Positions 50,290 to 59,465 of a stretch of 64,000 bases of DNA are shown piece by piece. The notes under the pieces were generated by a model, which saw only the letters and a program-made list of their open reading frames with translations, was not told the origin of the DNA and did not search any database. The DNA comes from a virus (taxonomy: Duplodnaviria > Caudoviricetes), in IMG/VR virus record IMGVR_UViG_3300030433_001574, positions 43,204 through 107,203 of that record; one strand, written 5' to 3'. A program made the position numbers and the translations under genes. Position 1 is the stretch's first letter. Each line of letters starts with the position of its first letter.

Positions 50290-50955
50290 TCAGTTTCTTG
50301 GTAGCCCAATAAGACCACGAGCAACGCTACCAATACCGCTACCCACTTTTTGCATTGTTCCTTCATCAGCCATAGCCGCTGCCAAAGCACCACCCATCAT
50401 TGACTGTTGAGACATAGCCATAATTTGCTGACGTTGCATTTCAGCCTCTTGGAATTTTTGATTGCTCTGAGCCGTCATGTTGTTGAGAATCATGCTAACA
50501 TTCTCAGCGCTCAGTGTTTGTAAATCAGATGGCAGTGTAGCAGGGTCAAGTTTCATGACACCAGTATCTTCGTCCAATGAGAATGAGGCGTTTTTCAATA
50601 TGTTGAGTAAACTAAGGCTGGTTGTAGCGGCAACCAACTCTATGAGTGTTTGAAGCCCACCATCTCTGATGAAACGATGAATTGGGTTTTGTGATTGTAG
50701 CAAAGCCGACAAAAGTTCCATCTCACTCGGCGGAGCAAACTGTCCGTTTTGCATCATCATTTGTTGTTGCGGAGTCATACCCATACCACCCATCATTCCA
50801 CTCATGAATGGATTTGATTGCTGCTGTTGCTGAGCACCAAGAGAAAAACCGTTTTGAGCACCAGTGCCTGTGGTTATCTGACTAATGCTACCGCCACCTG
50901 TTTGAGACAGGTTAAAACCACTTTGCTGAGGTTGTTGGTTACCAAAGTTGAACAT
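50290..50955 (-). CDS. Protein with Q/G/M/F low-complexity N-terminus
   Basis: MFNFGNQQPQQSGFNLSQTGGG...NPFMSGMMGG; GGAGG RBS. Confidence 0.75.
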   Translation of the reverse strand: MFNFGNQQPQQSGFNLSQTGGGSISQITTGTGAQNGFSLGAQQQQQSNPFMSGMMGGMGMTPQQQMMMQNGQFAPPSEMELLSALLQSQNPIHRFIRDGGLQTLIELVAATTSLSLLNILKNASFSLDEDTGVMKLDPATLPSDLQTLSAENVSMILNNMTAQSNQKFQEAEMQRQQIMAMSQQSMMGGALAAAMADEGTMQKVGSGIGSVARGLIGLPRN

Positions 50956-50959
50956 CGTA

Positions 50960-51892
50960 TCAAACCTCCCCAGTGCCTAATCCACCATCAAGGTTCTGTT
51001 GCATTTTAGCGTTTTCAACATTAAGCAACTCTTGAAACGCTTGCGTCGGCATGTTCATTTGTTGCAACTCCATTTGGAAGATACGCAAATCAAAAACCAC
51101 CATCGTAACGTCGTTCTGTCCAGTTGCTGGATTTGCATAATGAAGGATATTGATGCCCTTTGTTTTACCTGAATCTCTTTCCAACTCAGCAAAAAATGGT
51201 TCATACTTCTGTAGCATGGCTGGTGTAGGGTCGTTTTTCTTGACAGATGAAATAGGAACTGTCACAATTGACACACCTCTTTTCACTTTATCACGAAGGC
51301 GATTTGGATTCATCTCGTTTTGTTTGTCCTCTTCGGCCTCCCACTTGTTCAAAAGATGGTAAAGATGCATATGCTCAGGACAGTATGTGCCACGCATTTT
51401 CTTACCACTGGTAACTCTGTCCTGAGCGATAAATGCTTCAGGCTGCCCTGTTACTGGGTTTTGCCAATACATCTCCCATAGAGAGCGACCTGTTTCTTCA
51501 TCGCTGATTTTCATGTAGAGATTATCATGTTGAATCAAATTTGCACAGTTACACCCATCGACAACGCACGTTCCCGTATCTTTGTTGTAACGATACTTTC
51601 GACCTAACGCCCATCGGAACGGGTTTATCCAAGAACGCTTTGCTGGTTGGAGAAGTTTGTATGCTTGCTTGATGTCTTTACGACGAGCCTTCTTTGGGTC
51701 AGGATGACGTGATGGGTAAAAATTGACTTTGGGAACTTCGATGTTTTGAGCAGCGGCAACCTCTTGCATACCTTGTTGAGCCATCAACATCTCTTGAAGA
51801 GCCGCCTGAGTAAGTTGATTGTTACCTTGTGCAGCGAGTATAGCAAGTTCGGCTTCAGTTAGATTCTGTTGAGGTCTGTTCCATGACATCAC
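50960..51892 (-). CDS. Hypothetical 310-aa protein with possible Zn site
   Basis: CVVDGC...YCPEH; Q-rich termini. Confidence 0.7.
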   Translation of the reverse strand: MMSWNRPQQNLTEAELAILAAQGNNQLTQAALQEMLMAQQGMQEVAAAQNIEVPKVNFYPSRHPDPKKARRKDIKQAYKLLQPAKRSWINPFRWALGRKYRYNKDTGTCVVDGCNCANLIQHDNLYMKISDEETGRSLWEMYWQNPVTGQPEAFIAQDRVTSGKKMRGTYCPEHMHLYHLLNKWEAEEDKQNEMNPNRLRDKVKRGVSIVTVPISSVKKNDPTPAMLQKYEPFFAELERDSGKTKGINILHYANPATGQNDVTMVVFDLRIFQMELQQMNMPTQAFQELLNVENAKMQQNLDGGLGTGEV

Positions 51893-52086
51893 GCTATCAC
51901 GACCTGCTCAGTCGTAGGAGTCATGACTACAACAATGTGTCCCTCTTGAACGACAAATTTCCAATCTACGCTGTCACCAGCGGTCAAGCCAAAATGCTCA
52001 ACAATCCACATTGGCACAGTTGTTCTGAGACTACGACTACCGCCACCAGTAGAGACGAGTGTTGTTGAAGAGTTCTTGCCTGTCAT
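51889..52086 (-). CDS. AbrB/MazE/SpoVT-family DNA-binding protein
   Basis: SLRTTVPMWIVEHFGLTAGDSVDW swapped-hairpin signature. Confidence 0.8.
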   Translation of the reverse strand: MTGKNSSTTLVSTGGGSRSLRTTVPMWIVEHFGLTAGDSVDWKFVVQEGHIVVVMTPTTEQVVIA

Positions 52087-52141
52087 AATTACACCGAAAC
52101 CATTGTTATTGAAAAGGCTACCTATGGGGTCATTTTTTGGG

Positions 52142-52885
52142 TCATGAGGTAAGTAGACTCACCATTGTCTTCTCAACATTCCATCCAATTCTTGTTGCCA
52201 TAAACGACCTGCGAGTGGGAATACCTGCTTTCTGTAACCTGATTAAGTCATCTCTGAACGGGTCGAATATCTTATGTTCACCTATGCGACCATCGTGCCA
52301 AAGTTTTGAAGCGGTTTCATCAAAGAAACGGTCAGCCTTGTTTGCAACCAGCATGATAACTCTTGGATGATACTTTCTTCCCTTAAGTCTCGACCAAAGA
52401 GAACGATAGCGATAATTTCGTTTAATGAGGCAATCAACAAGATAACGAAACCCTGCTATTTGCTGAAGACCTTCATCTCCTCCTTTGAAGGCTCGATGGT
52501 CGAACATGTAAACAATGGCCTCGCATTTACGAGTTACCATGTCTTCAATCCAAAGATTCCAAAAACGCTCTTGTCCTCCTATGTCGGCTGAATAAACAAC
52601 TCGCTTTTCGCCTTGCCAAGATACTCTCTTTCTCGTTGGCTTTGGCATTTTGAATTTACCAATTTTGAGAATACGAGAGTGTGTTGTTCGCTCGTCTTCA
52701 GGTATCTCTTCCATTTCACCGGGCGTGGTGAGATAACGGTCAAGCGTTGTCTTACCAACCATTGGTGCTCCATAAACACCAACTCTTCGTGGCTTATACG
52801 AGTTGTAAAGATTCTGACCCCACATCGCTGCGCCTACTAAGGCTGTGCCACCTGCGTCTACCATCAATCCCACCACATGAGCCAA
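52142..52885 (-). CDS. Ras-superfamily (Arf/Rab-like) small GTPase with hydrophobic N-terminus
   Basis: G1 GAPMVGKTT, G2 T, G3 DIGGQERF, G4 NKAD, G5-like MAT. Confidence 0.88.
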   Translation of the reverse strand: MAHVVGLMVDAGGTALVGAAMWGQNLYNSYKPRRVGVYGAPMVGKTTLDRYLTTPGEMEEIPEDERTTHSRILKIGKFKMPKPTRKRVSWQGEKRVVYSADIGGQERFWNLWIEDMVTRKCEAIVYMFDHRAFKGGDEGLQQIAGFRYLVDCLIKRNYRYRSLWSRLKGRKYHPRVIMLVANKADRFFDETASKLWHDGRIGEHKIFDPFRDDLIRLQKAGIPTRRSFMATRIGWNVEKTMVSLLTS

Positions 52886-53121
52886 TTGACAAGTCGTTCC
52901 AACTTATCAACAGTCCATTCAACGGTGTTCTCATAAACGCTAAATTCTGTATTGTGAAACTCAATACCGCTGACAACAATTGCTGTAATGAACGAAGCAA
53001 GAACAGTTTTTACCCAACCCCATGCTCTTTCGTAGGTTGTGTCTACTGTATTGGCTATGTGAATAGCACGAAGCGTGCTTTCAGTAGCATCATCGGAAGG
53101 AGTGCGAAAGATACGACCCAT
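52864..53121 (-). CDS. Small single-TM membrane protein
   Basis: AWGWVKTVLASFITAIVVSGI; overlaps the GTPase start. Confidence 0.7.
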   Translation of the reverse strand: MGRIFRTPSDDATESTLRAIHIANTVDTTYERAWGWVKTVLASFITAIVVSGIEFHNTEFSVYENTVEWTVDKLERLVNWLMWWD

Positions 53122-53130
53122 GCATACGCC

Positions 53131-53712
53131 TCACTCTTTCTTGAGATAACGCTTGTCAGGAGTTCCATCTTTCTTAAGTGGGACTTCCTCATCTATACCG
53201 AGTGTCAATGGTTGTTGCACCTTTGCTTCATGTGTTGGAATACGACTACCATCGAAGACCGAAGAGCCACCGCCTCTGTTGTCAAACGCACCTATCATAG
53301 ATGGAGAACCACCTTGAACACCCCAACTTGGAGGCATCTTACCGGGGTTTTCCTCCATCCAACGCAGTTCACGTTCAAGTTGTGCTTCTTGCATACGCAT
53401 CTCCATCTCCGCCCTACGGTTATCGAACTGCTGTTGCATCATACGATACTGGTGGCTTCGCTGTTTCTCGATGTTACCATGTCGAACTCGTTCTTGCAGG
53501 TTTTGCTCAAAGAACATTTTGAAGAAGTAGTAAGCAATACCTTGAACAAAGAATGCACCCATAGCATAGGTGAATCCGTTAATCCAAACGCTGTCTTGCT
53601 TTAACCAAACTTCAGCGTCAAAGATACCAATGGCTACTCCAACAAGTGTGCTCTGAGCCAAAATTAGCCCCATAAGCCTGATTTCTGCTTCGTGATGGTC
53701 TGTGTTGTCCAT
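53131..53712 (-). CDS. Two-TM membrane protein with coiled coil and KKDGTPDKRY tail
   Basis: LMGLILAQSTLVGVAIGIF and GFTYAMGAFFVQGIAYYFF, then a heptad-rich segment. Start taken at MDNTD (track start 53748 is an alternative). Confidence 0.7.
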   Translation of the reverse strand: MDNTDHHEAEIRLMGLILAQSTLVGVAIGIFDAEVWLKQDSVWINGFTYAMGAFFVQGIAYYFFKMFFEQNLQERVRHGNIEKQRSHQYRMMQQQFDNRRAEMEMRMQEAQLERELRWMEENPGKMPPSWGVQGGSPSMIGAFDNRGGGSSVFDGSRIPTHEAKVQQPLTLGIDEEVPLKKDGTPDKRYLKKE

Positions 53713-53850
53713 AATGTCCACTGACTTGTCCACTGTAAGGGTCACCATAAAGGTTACTGGGTGTGTTGTCCGAGTTGTCCGTTGTATTGTTTATACATTT
53801 TACAAGAATAAAGTATTTGTCTATATTAGACATTAGACAAGTCGGACAAC
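53704..53850. repeat. Cluster of RGACAW direct and inverted repeats upstream of the GTPase operon
   Basis: gttgtcc-ataatgtcc-actgacttgtcc, gttgtcc-gagttgtcc, then ttgtcta and inverted agacatt-agacaag-tcggacaac. Confidence 0.6.
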
Positions 53851-54624
53851 TTAGAATGGGTAAGGATGCATCAACTCTTTTCTGTCTTCGCCACCCTGCT
53901 CTTGTTTGAAGTCATCCAATGAGGTAAGGAGAGCCTGTGCAATCTTCTTATCTTGCTCGTCCATTGGGCCATTCATCAAGTTTCGTAGCAACTCAAGGTC
54001 GCCTCTGATACCCTTTGTTAGAGGGCGCTTCGTCCCTTTGTCCTTGAAATGTCGTGCTCGATTGTCGTGCTCATCTTCTACTGTCAATTTACCACCTTCG
54101 GTGTGTGATATGTCTCGGTGTGAGTGGTCACCATACATCCCACGTCTACGTCGTTCTCTGTTTAACTCTTCTCGATACTTGACTCGTTCAGGGGATGCTT
54201 CGTATTGTTTGTCATACTCCAACTTATGTCGCTTGGCTTCAGGCGACTTTCGCTCTTTACGAATCACACCAACGCCTAAGTCCATTGGTTCACCCGTCAT
54301 TATATCTTGCCAATAAGGGTCATACGACACCTTATCCGTTGCAACATTGGCAAAAATGGGTGGAGACTCCTTTTCACGATAATCAATTTGGGCTTGAGTT
54401 AAGGGAAAATAATCAGTATCTCTTTGTCTTATTTCTCGTTCTGTTGCGAGTTCATCCATTGGTATTTCATCTTCGGATGTTGCATGAGGAAAATATCGTC
54501 TTAACAACTTTGGTCGTGCAGACGATTTTGGACTAAGCAACATGTTCAAATCAAAATTATCTATGAGTGCATGAGGACGAGCCTCTTTGAGCAAGTGCCA
54601 TGCCTCATTGAAAAAATCACTCAT
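53851..54624 (-). CDS. Modular protein with HNH-like segment
   Basis: REELNRERRRRGMYGDHSHRDISH...EHDNRARH resembles short phage HNH-like proteins; N-terminal FNEAWHLLK motif. Confidence 0.6.
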   Translation of the reverse strand: MSDFFNEAWHLLKEARPHALIDNFDLNMLLSPKSSARPKLLRRYFPHATSEDEIPMDELATEREIRQRDTDYFPLTQAQIDYREKESPPIFANVATDKVSYDPYWQDIMTGEPMDLGVGVIRKERKSPEAKRHKLEYDKQYEASPERVKYREELNRERRRRGMYGDHSHRDISHTEGGKLTVEDEHDNRARHFKDKGTKRPLTKGIRGDLELLRNLMNGPMDEQDKKIAQALLTSLDDFKQEQGGEDRKELMHPYPF

Positions 54625-54625
54625 A

Positions 54626-54940
54626 TCAACAATTCCATCTTTTCAGTGCAGCACCTTTTGGTGTGAGTTTACCACCCTTGCTTGTTGGGCCTTTGCTTCC
54701 ACTCATTCTTGCACAGAATGACTTACGACGCTTGGCTCTCTTGCTACCGGGCTTGAGTTTGCTTGGCTTGGTGGTCACAGGTGGCTTGAGGTTTGCACCA
54801 GTTTCACGCTTAAACTTAGCACGCCCTTTGGCATTCAGCCCACCTTTCTTGTGATGCCGTTTTGGATTGTAACCGTGAAACGGCTTCGACTTCTTTTTTC
54901 CTTTTTCAATAACGTCCCATGCTTCATCAAATGCACTCAT
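54626..54940 (-). CDS. Small basic protein (DUF6321-like)
   Basis: GGLNAKGR...ANLKPPV...RRKSFCARM...ALKRWNC. Confidence 0.7.
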   Translation of the reverse strand: MSAFDEAWDVIEKGKKKSKPFHGYNPKRHHKKGGLNAKGRAKFKRETGANLKPPVTTKPSKLKPGSKRAKRRKSFCARMSGSKGPTSKGGKLTPKGAALKRWNC

Positions 54941-55251
54941 CGTATTACACCAACCATCTTTACTATCGTAGGCTTTCCACCCACGCCTTGTTTTTTACTG
55001 CGCTTGCGTTTTGTCGCTGCACGCTTTTGCCCCTCAGACATTGAGCCTGAAGTTTTTGGAGTCTTATCGCTAACTTTTACACTGGGTCTACACTTTGGAT
55101 AGCCCTTGCTTGATGTCTTTGCTTTGCTTCGGCCACAGGGAGGATGCTTGCCGTCTTTGTCTTTACGACTAACATCGACCCACTTTTCTTTGAACCATCG
55201 GTTCAAGTCCTTGATAACAAGAACGTCGTGGCATGTGCATCGGTCACTCAT
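54937..55251 (-). CDS. Small basic protein (DUF5872-like)
   Basis: LNRWFKEKWVD...CGR...YPKCRP. Confidence 0.7.
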   Translation of the reverse strand: MSDRCTCHDVLVIKDLNRWFKEKWVDVSRKDKDGKHPPCGRSKAKTSSKGYPKCRPSVKVSDKTPKTSGSMSEGQKRAATKRKRSKKQGVGGKPTIVKMVGVIR

Positions 55252-55263
55252 CTCTTTACCTCC

Positions 55264-56304
55264 TTATCCGAATAATTCACCCAATGAACGTGAATAAGGA
55301 TGGTCGCTGTAGTCCCAGTTATACAGGTCTTGTAGAACGTCATTTGTCGAATAAGGAACTCCATCTTTTGTTCTGAAATACGGGTAATTTTCTCTGTGTC
55401 TTGGGTGCTCGACATCATACTCAGGCAAAAATCGTTTGTCATCGAGTCGTGTCTGTGTTTGATAACCTTGAGCCATATCTCTCTTCATATTTGTAATTCT
55501 TTCATCTTCAGGTTCACCAAACATCGGCGCTACACCATAATCAGGTTGCAAGTCACCCCAACCCGCTGCTCGATACTTTTCCCTCTCTTTCGATTGTTTT
55601 ATTGGGTTGGCTTGATAGAGGTATTTTTGCGATGTTTCTATGTCATCGTAAGGCAGTGTTAATTGCTCAAAATCTATGGAAGGCGGTAAACGACGTTGAA
55701 AACTTTCATGAAACGGCTGCGAGTTTGCGTTTCTTGAAGTCGAAAGAATGTTCATGTTGTTGTGTAGTATCGTATTGAGAAGTTGTTGATAGTAACCCTT
55801 TCGCTGATGCTCACGAGGGGTTCTTCCATGCAAACCAACCAACATTGGTGATGCGTTTTTTACATGTTTGCCGTATCTGTTATTTTCACGGCCTACTTCT
55901 GTTCCCGCAACACGAGACAACTTGTTACCTTCTTCATCCTGAAGTTCATATGTCACTCCTTGTCCGTATTCGTCACTGTAAAGGTCAGGAATACGAACAA
56001 CTTTTGCTGGAGTTGGGCGAGGCGATGTGTCCATTCGTTTTTTGTAGCCTTCTTCAAATGTCTTATCTGCTATTTCAGCATTCAAAAAGCCATCATTAAC
56101 ATTTTCTAAACCCTCGTTCATAAAACGCAACTGTCGCAGTGGATAAATACCCATTAGTCGTTCAAGATTGGTTTGACCTCTGTTTACATCGTAGTGTCCA
56201 GTTTCCCTTTCCCTTTTCATTCGTCGTCGTAATTCACGAATATCATTTACTGAAAATACAGGGTCGCCTTTCAGCAAAGACCAAGCGGCGGTAAAGGCTG
56301 TCAT
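55264..56304 (-). CDS. GNAT-like acetyltransferase (paralog A)
   Basis: TPREHQRKGYYQQLL acetyl-CoA motif A; start MTAFTAAWSLLK at 56304. Confidence 0.65.
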   Translation of the reverse strand: MTAFTAAWSLLKGDPVFSVNDIRELRRRMKRERETGHYDVNRGQTNLERLMGIYPLRQLRFMNEGLENVNDGFLNAEIADKTFEEGYKKRMDTSPRPTPAKVVRIPDLYSDEYGQGVTYELQDEEGNKLSRVAGTEVGRENNRYGKHVKNASPMLVGLHGRTPREHQRKGYYQQLLNTILHNNMNILSTSRNANSQPFHESFQRRLPPSIDFEQLTLPYDDIETSQKYLYQANPIKQSKEREKYRAAGWGDLQPDYGVAPMFGEPEDERITNMKRDMAQGYQTQTRLDDKRFLPEYDVEHPRHRENYPYFRTKDGVPYSTNDVLQDLYNWDYSDHPYSRSLGELFG

Positions 56305-56305
56305 T

Positions 56306-56467
56306 TCAAAACACACCTACCATTTTTTTGATACTCTTTTGCTTATCCATCAAACGATAACAAGGACACTTCGGTGCTTTTGCTGAGCACTGTCTACCTT
56401 CAATCATGCAAACGCAGGGCGTATCTTTTGTCCCGCCGCAACAACATGAAGGCTTTTTGAGTTTCAT
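56306..56467 (-). CDS. Cys-rich small protein, 53 aa (MKLKKPSCCCGGTKDTPCVCMIEGRQCSAKAPKCPCYRL...KMVGVF)
   Basis: ATGA-coupled to the upstream gene; stop is 2 nt before the next ATG; 8 Cys. Confidence 0.65.
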   Translation of the reverse strand: MKLKKPSCCCGGTKDTPCVCMIEGRQCSAKAPKCPCYRLMDKQKSIKKMVGVF

Positions 56468-56910
56468 TTCTTTTTCCCCTTCTTGCGGAACTTACCCTTG
56501 CAGTATTGCACCGCCCAACCGTTGGCGTATGCTGATGGGTAAACCTTGAATTTGCGTTTGGCAGCGGCCTTGCCTTCGGGACATAGTTTCTTTTCAAGAG
56601 AGTCCCATGCTATGTCAAAAGGTGTAAGTTCGCTTGCTAATTTCACATCATCATCTCCAAGTTTTGATGGATGCACCATACCATGCACGTCGTATTGCTG
56701 AGCGCAGTCCATGCACATGTGGTGCGTGTAGTCCTTTGTTAAAGTTGGGTTAGCGTATCGAACTGAAATAACAGCATTGGGATTTGGACAAAGCGTGCAA
56801 CTTTCTCGTAAATCAGCGCCTGAGAAAACAGACTTCATCTTAACAGGTTCGTCAAAGACGTTTTTCCAAAACAAGTCGCTTATCATGGTATCACCCAAAC
56901 ATATCCTCAA
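56464..56910 (-). CDS. Zn-finger segment plus basic AKRKFKVYPSAYAN module
   Basis: CTLC...CMDC, then PFDIAWDSLEK, then KLCPEGKAAAKRKFKVYPSAYANGWAVQYCKG. Confidence 0.65.
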   Translation of the reverse strand: MRICLGDTMISDLFWKNVFDEPVKMKSVFSGADLRESCTLCPNPNAVISVRYANPTLTKDYTHHMCMDCAQQYDVHGMVHPSKLGDDDVKLASELTPFDIAWDSLEKKLCPEGKAAAKRKFKVYPSAYANGWAVQYCKGKFRKKGKKK

Positions 56911-58459
56911 GATATTGACGGCTCATTCTAATTGATTCGTCCATTTTCTGACGAGTTTCTTCTTGTGAATCTTTGAGTGTTTTGACGTTTGGGTCAAATC
57001 TTGGCTCAGTGAGTTTTGATTGTCTGTAAAAGCGAACACTTGGACTTGTAGGGTCAGTGTTATCTTGAACTTGTATGGACGAGCGAGGAGAAACAGGATT
57101 TAATCGTGAAGGTAATGGTTTATCCACAGTTCCAAACATTGGGTATTGGCTACCGAACATTGGTTTCAAGTCGCCCCAATCCCCTGTTACATCCATATCT
57201 TTGAAAGCCTGTTTTTCAGATTCAGGGTCAAAGCCGTAACGATACATGTTCATCGTTCTATCTCTTGATTCAGTAAGTGTTTTTGATTTGTCTTCCTCTC
57301 TTCCAGCCACTTGTATATTCTTTGGTAGTCGCTGTTGAAAACTTTCATGAAACGGCTGAGACATATGTGGGTTTCTATTATTCGATACAACGCCTATTTT
57401 ATTTTGAAGTAGGGTATCGAGTAAATTTCTGTAGTAACCCTTTCTCTGATGAACTGGATAAGTAACCGCATCTAACCCACCTATGGTGTTTGTTACAGTA
57501 GGAATTCGGCGTGCGTCTTTGTCATGAAGATTGATTCCACTTACTTTTGAGTATTCGTTACCTTCATCGTCCACCAATGCGAATCTACGATGGTCATTCC
57601 CTATGCTCCTAACTTCAACTTTTGTTGGTGTTGGTTGTCCTTCTTTAAATCGCATACGTTGTTCGTAACCAGTTCTAAAATCTCTTCTTGCTTCGCCAGC
57701 AGGTATCAGTCTTGTGAATGTAGAATTGCGATTATCAACTTTCATATCATCTCTGTTTCGTATAGCATCACGAAGATTACGATTTAACGGTAAGGGCATT
57801 GGAAGTGTTGATTGTGGCTTGAGTGACTGTGAGTTAAACCGAGCAGGGCTTGTTTCTAATTGCTCCATGGCATCCTTGTTTCTATTTTCAATCTTTCTTT
57901 GAACTCTCTCAAATTTACTATCAATCCTGTTTTCTTCGTCTTCGTTACGCATTTTCAAAAGTCGCCAAGCCATATCCATTGGCGCTGCTTTTCCAACTTC
58001 TGAGCCACGACGAGCCATCTCAATGGCACGCTGTTCCTGTGCTTGTTTGCGTTGTTGGCTGCTTGCCAATGATTGCTGTGCAAACTGCATCGCTTGATTT
58101 TGCTTTTTCTTTGGATTGAACCCGCTGGCCTCTTGTGTTGGCTCAGGCGCTGATGGAGTTTTAGGCATTTCAGGCTCAGGCATCTCAGGCGCTGGCGCTG
58201 AAGGCATCGACTCGACAGCCTCGCTCGCTGGGCTTGAGGCAAGTGGGCCTTCTTTTTTCCCAGTTATCAGGTTCTTAGCGGCTGGGACAAGTTTTTCTCC
58301 AATCTTGTTTCTAAGCGCCAAACGCTTTGTGTTGAGTTTAGCCCCTGCGCTAAGCACTTTACCACCAAGCGCTCTTGCTCCTTGCAGAGCAACACCAAGA
58401 AACTTCTCAATGTCGTCGGGTGAATCCCACGGCACAAAGTCGTAGTTTTCACTCGGCAT
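56891..58459 (-). CDS. Modular protein with GNAT-like domain (paralog B)
   Basis: TYPVHQRKGYYRNLL and SQPFHESFQQRLP, shared with 55264-56304. Confidence 0.7.
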   Translation of the reverse strand: MPSENYDFVPWDSPDDIEKFLGVALQGARALGGKVLSAGAKLNTKRLALRNKIGEKLVPAAKNLITGKKEGPLASSPASEAVESMPSAPAPEMPEPEMPKTPSAPEPTQEASGFNPKKKQNQAMQFAQQSLASSQQRKQAQEQRAIEMARRGSEVGKAAPMDMAWRLLKMRNEDEENRIDSKFERVQRKIENRNKDAMEQLETSPARFNSQSLKPQSTLPMPLPLNRNLRDAIRNRDDMKVDNRNSTFTRLIPAGEARRDFRTGYEQRMRFKEGQPTPTKVEVRSIGNDHRRFALVDDEGNEYSKVSGINLHDKDARRIPTVTNTIGGLDAVTYPVHQRKGYYRNLLDTLLQNKIGVVSNNRNPHMSQPFHESFQQRLPKNIQVAGREEDKSKTLTESRDRTMNMYRYGFDPESEKQAFKDMDVTGDWGDLKPMFGSQYPMFGTVDKPLPSRLNPVSPRSSIQVQDNTDPTSPSVRFYRQSKLTEPRFDPNVKTLKDSQEETRQKMDESIRMSRQYLEDMFG

Positions 58460-58511
58460 TAAACGAAGCCACGCTCTCCATTAACAAAAGCATATCGCTT
58501 AAGAGGCGACA

Positions 58512-59465
58512 TCAAAATCGACGGTTTGGGTTGAACTGAGTGCCATACATGTTTTGCATCATTTGTTCGGGAGATATACCAAATTGGTTTTTATTTTCAG
58601 GGTGATTCTCTAAACCTGCATAGTTTCTATAAGCCCGGTCATCTCCAATGGGGTTAATATCGTAGGCTCTCGCTGTGGTGCTGGAAGTGTCAAAGTTTCT
58701 GTCGTGGTAGTTCGGACGATAACCGTCACCTCCTTCATACGGCCCTACATCCATTTGCCGTTCTACTTGAGCACCGGGAGGAAGGCCGGGATAACCGCCT
58801 AAATCATAAGGTAGATTTTTAGTAGAAGGGGCTTGTTCTCTTAGTTGATATTCTTTTGAAGGGAAGCCTTGAGGCGCAGGTGACATACTGTTTGCCATTC
58901 CACTTACATCAAATTGTTCCATAGGGCGCTGTCCAAGACTCATTTGACCTGTCGGGATTTCAGTTCTAAAAATGTCAGGTCGTCTGTAGCGAGCAAGTGG
59001 CCCTGATGGGGGGACTTCCATAGTTTGCGTCATCATTTCAGGTATTTGAGGGCGCTGCATCATAGACTGAATAACAGGTGGCATTTTGTATTCTTGACTA
59101 CCCATCATTCCAATGACGTTATCCATTTTTAGAAAATCCCAAGCCTTCTTCATCGGGTGCTGTGGAGGCATAGCAGGTTGCGACATGTCGGTCATTTCAG
59201 CGCCTTCACCAACTGGGCCTTCAGGTCGTGGTGTCGGGGTAACACCTCTTCGCTGGCTCATCATTTGTGTGAGTTTTTGATACATGTCTTCAGCCGCTTG
59301 GCGCATGGCTGGGTCAGGTGAATTTTCGTTGTCCAAAACAAATTGACGCATTTGCTGGAGAGCGATAGCATCCTCAGCCTTGCCTTTTCGTAGCACTGAG
59401 TCTATGAGTAAGTCGAAACGGTGTTCATTCTTGAGAATAAAAAACGCATCGGAAAAGGCGGTCAT
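58512..59465 (-). CDS. Modular P/M/Q-rich hypothetical protein
   Basis: Leaderless start MTAFSDAFFILK about 25 nt after CTTTTATCAA; internal PMKKAWDFLK. Confidence 0.7.
   Translation of the reverse strand: MTAFSDAFFILKNEHRFDLLIDSVLRKGKAEDAIALQQMRQFVLDNENSPDPAMRQAAEDMYQKLTQMMSQRRGVTPTPRPEGPVGEGAEMTDMSQPAMPPQHPMKKAWDFLKMDNVIGMMGSQEYKMPPVIQSMMQRPQIPEMMTQTMEVPPSGPLARYRRPDIFRTEIPTGQMSLGQRPMEQFDVSGMANSMSPAPQGFPSKEYQLREQAPSTKNLPYDLGGYPGLPPGAQVERQMDVGPYEGGDGYRPNYHDRNFDTSSTTARAYDINPIGDDRAYRNYAGLENHPENKNQFGISPEQMMQNMYGTQFNPNRRF

Noticed and set aside
51889-52086. MazEF/VapBC toxin-antitoxin pair
   Set aside because: The neighbouring 310-aa ORF shows no PIN or MazF features.
52747-53604. 285-aa plus-strand ORF
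   Set aside because: Antisense to three coherent genes of the GTPase operon.
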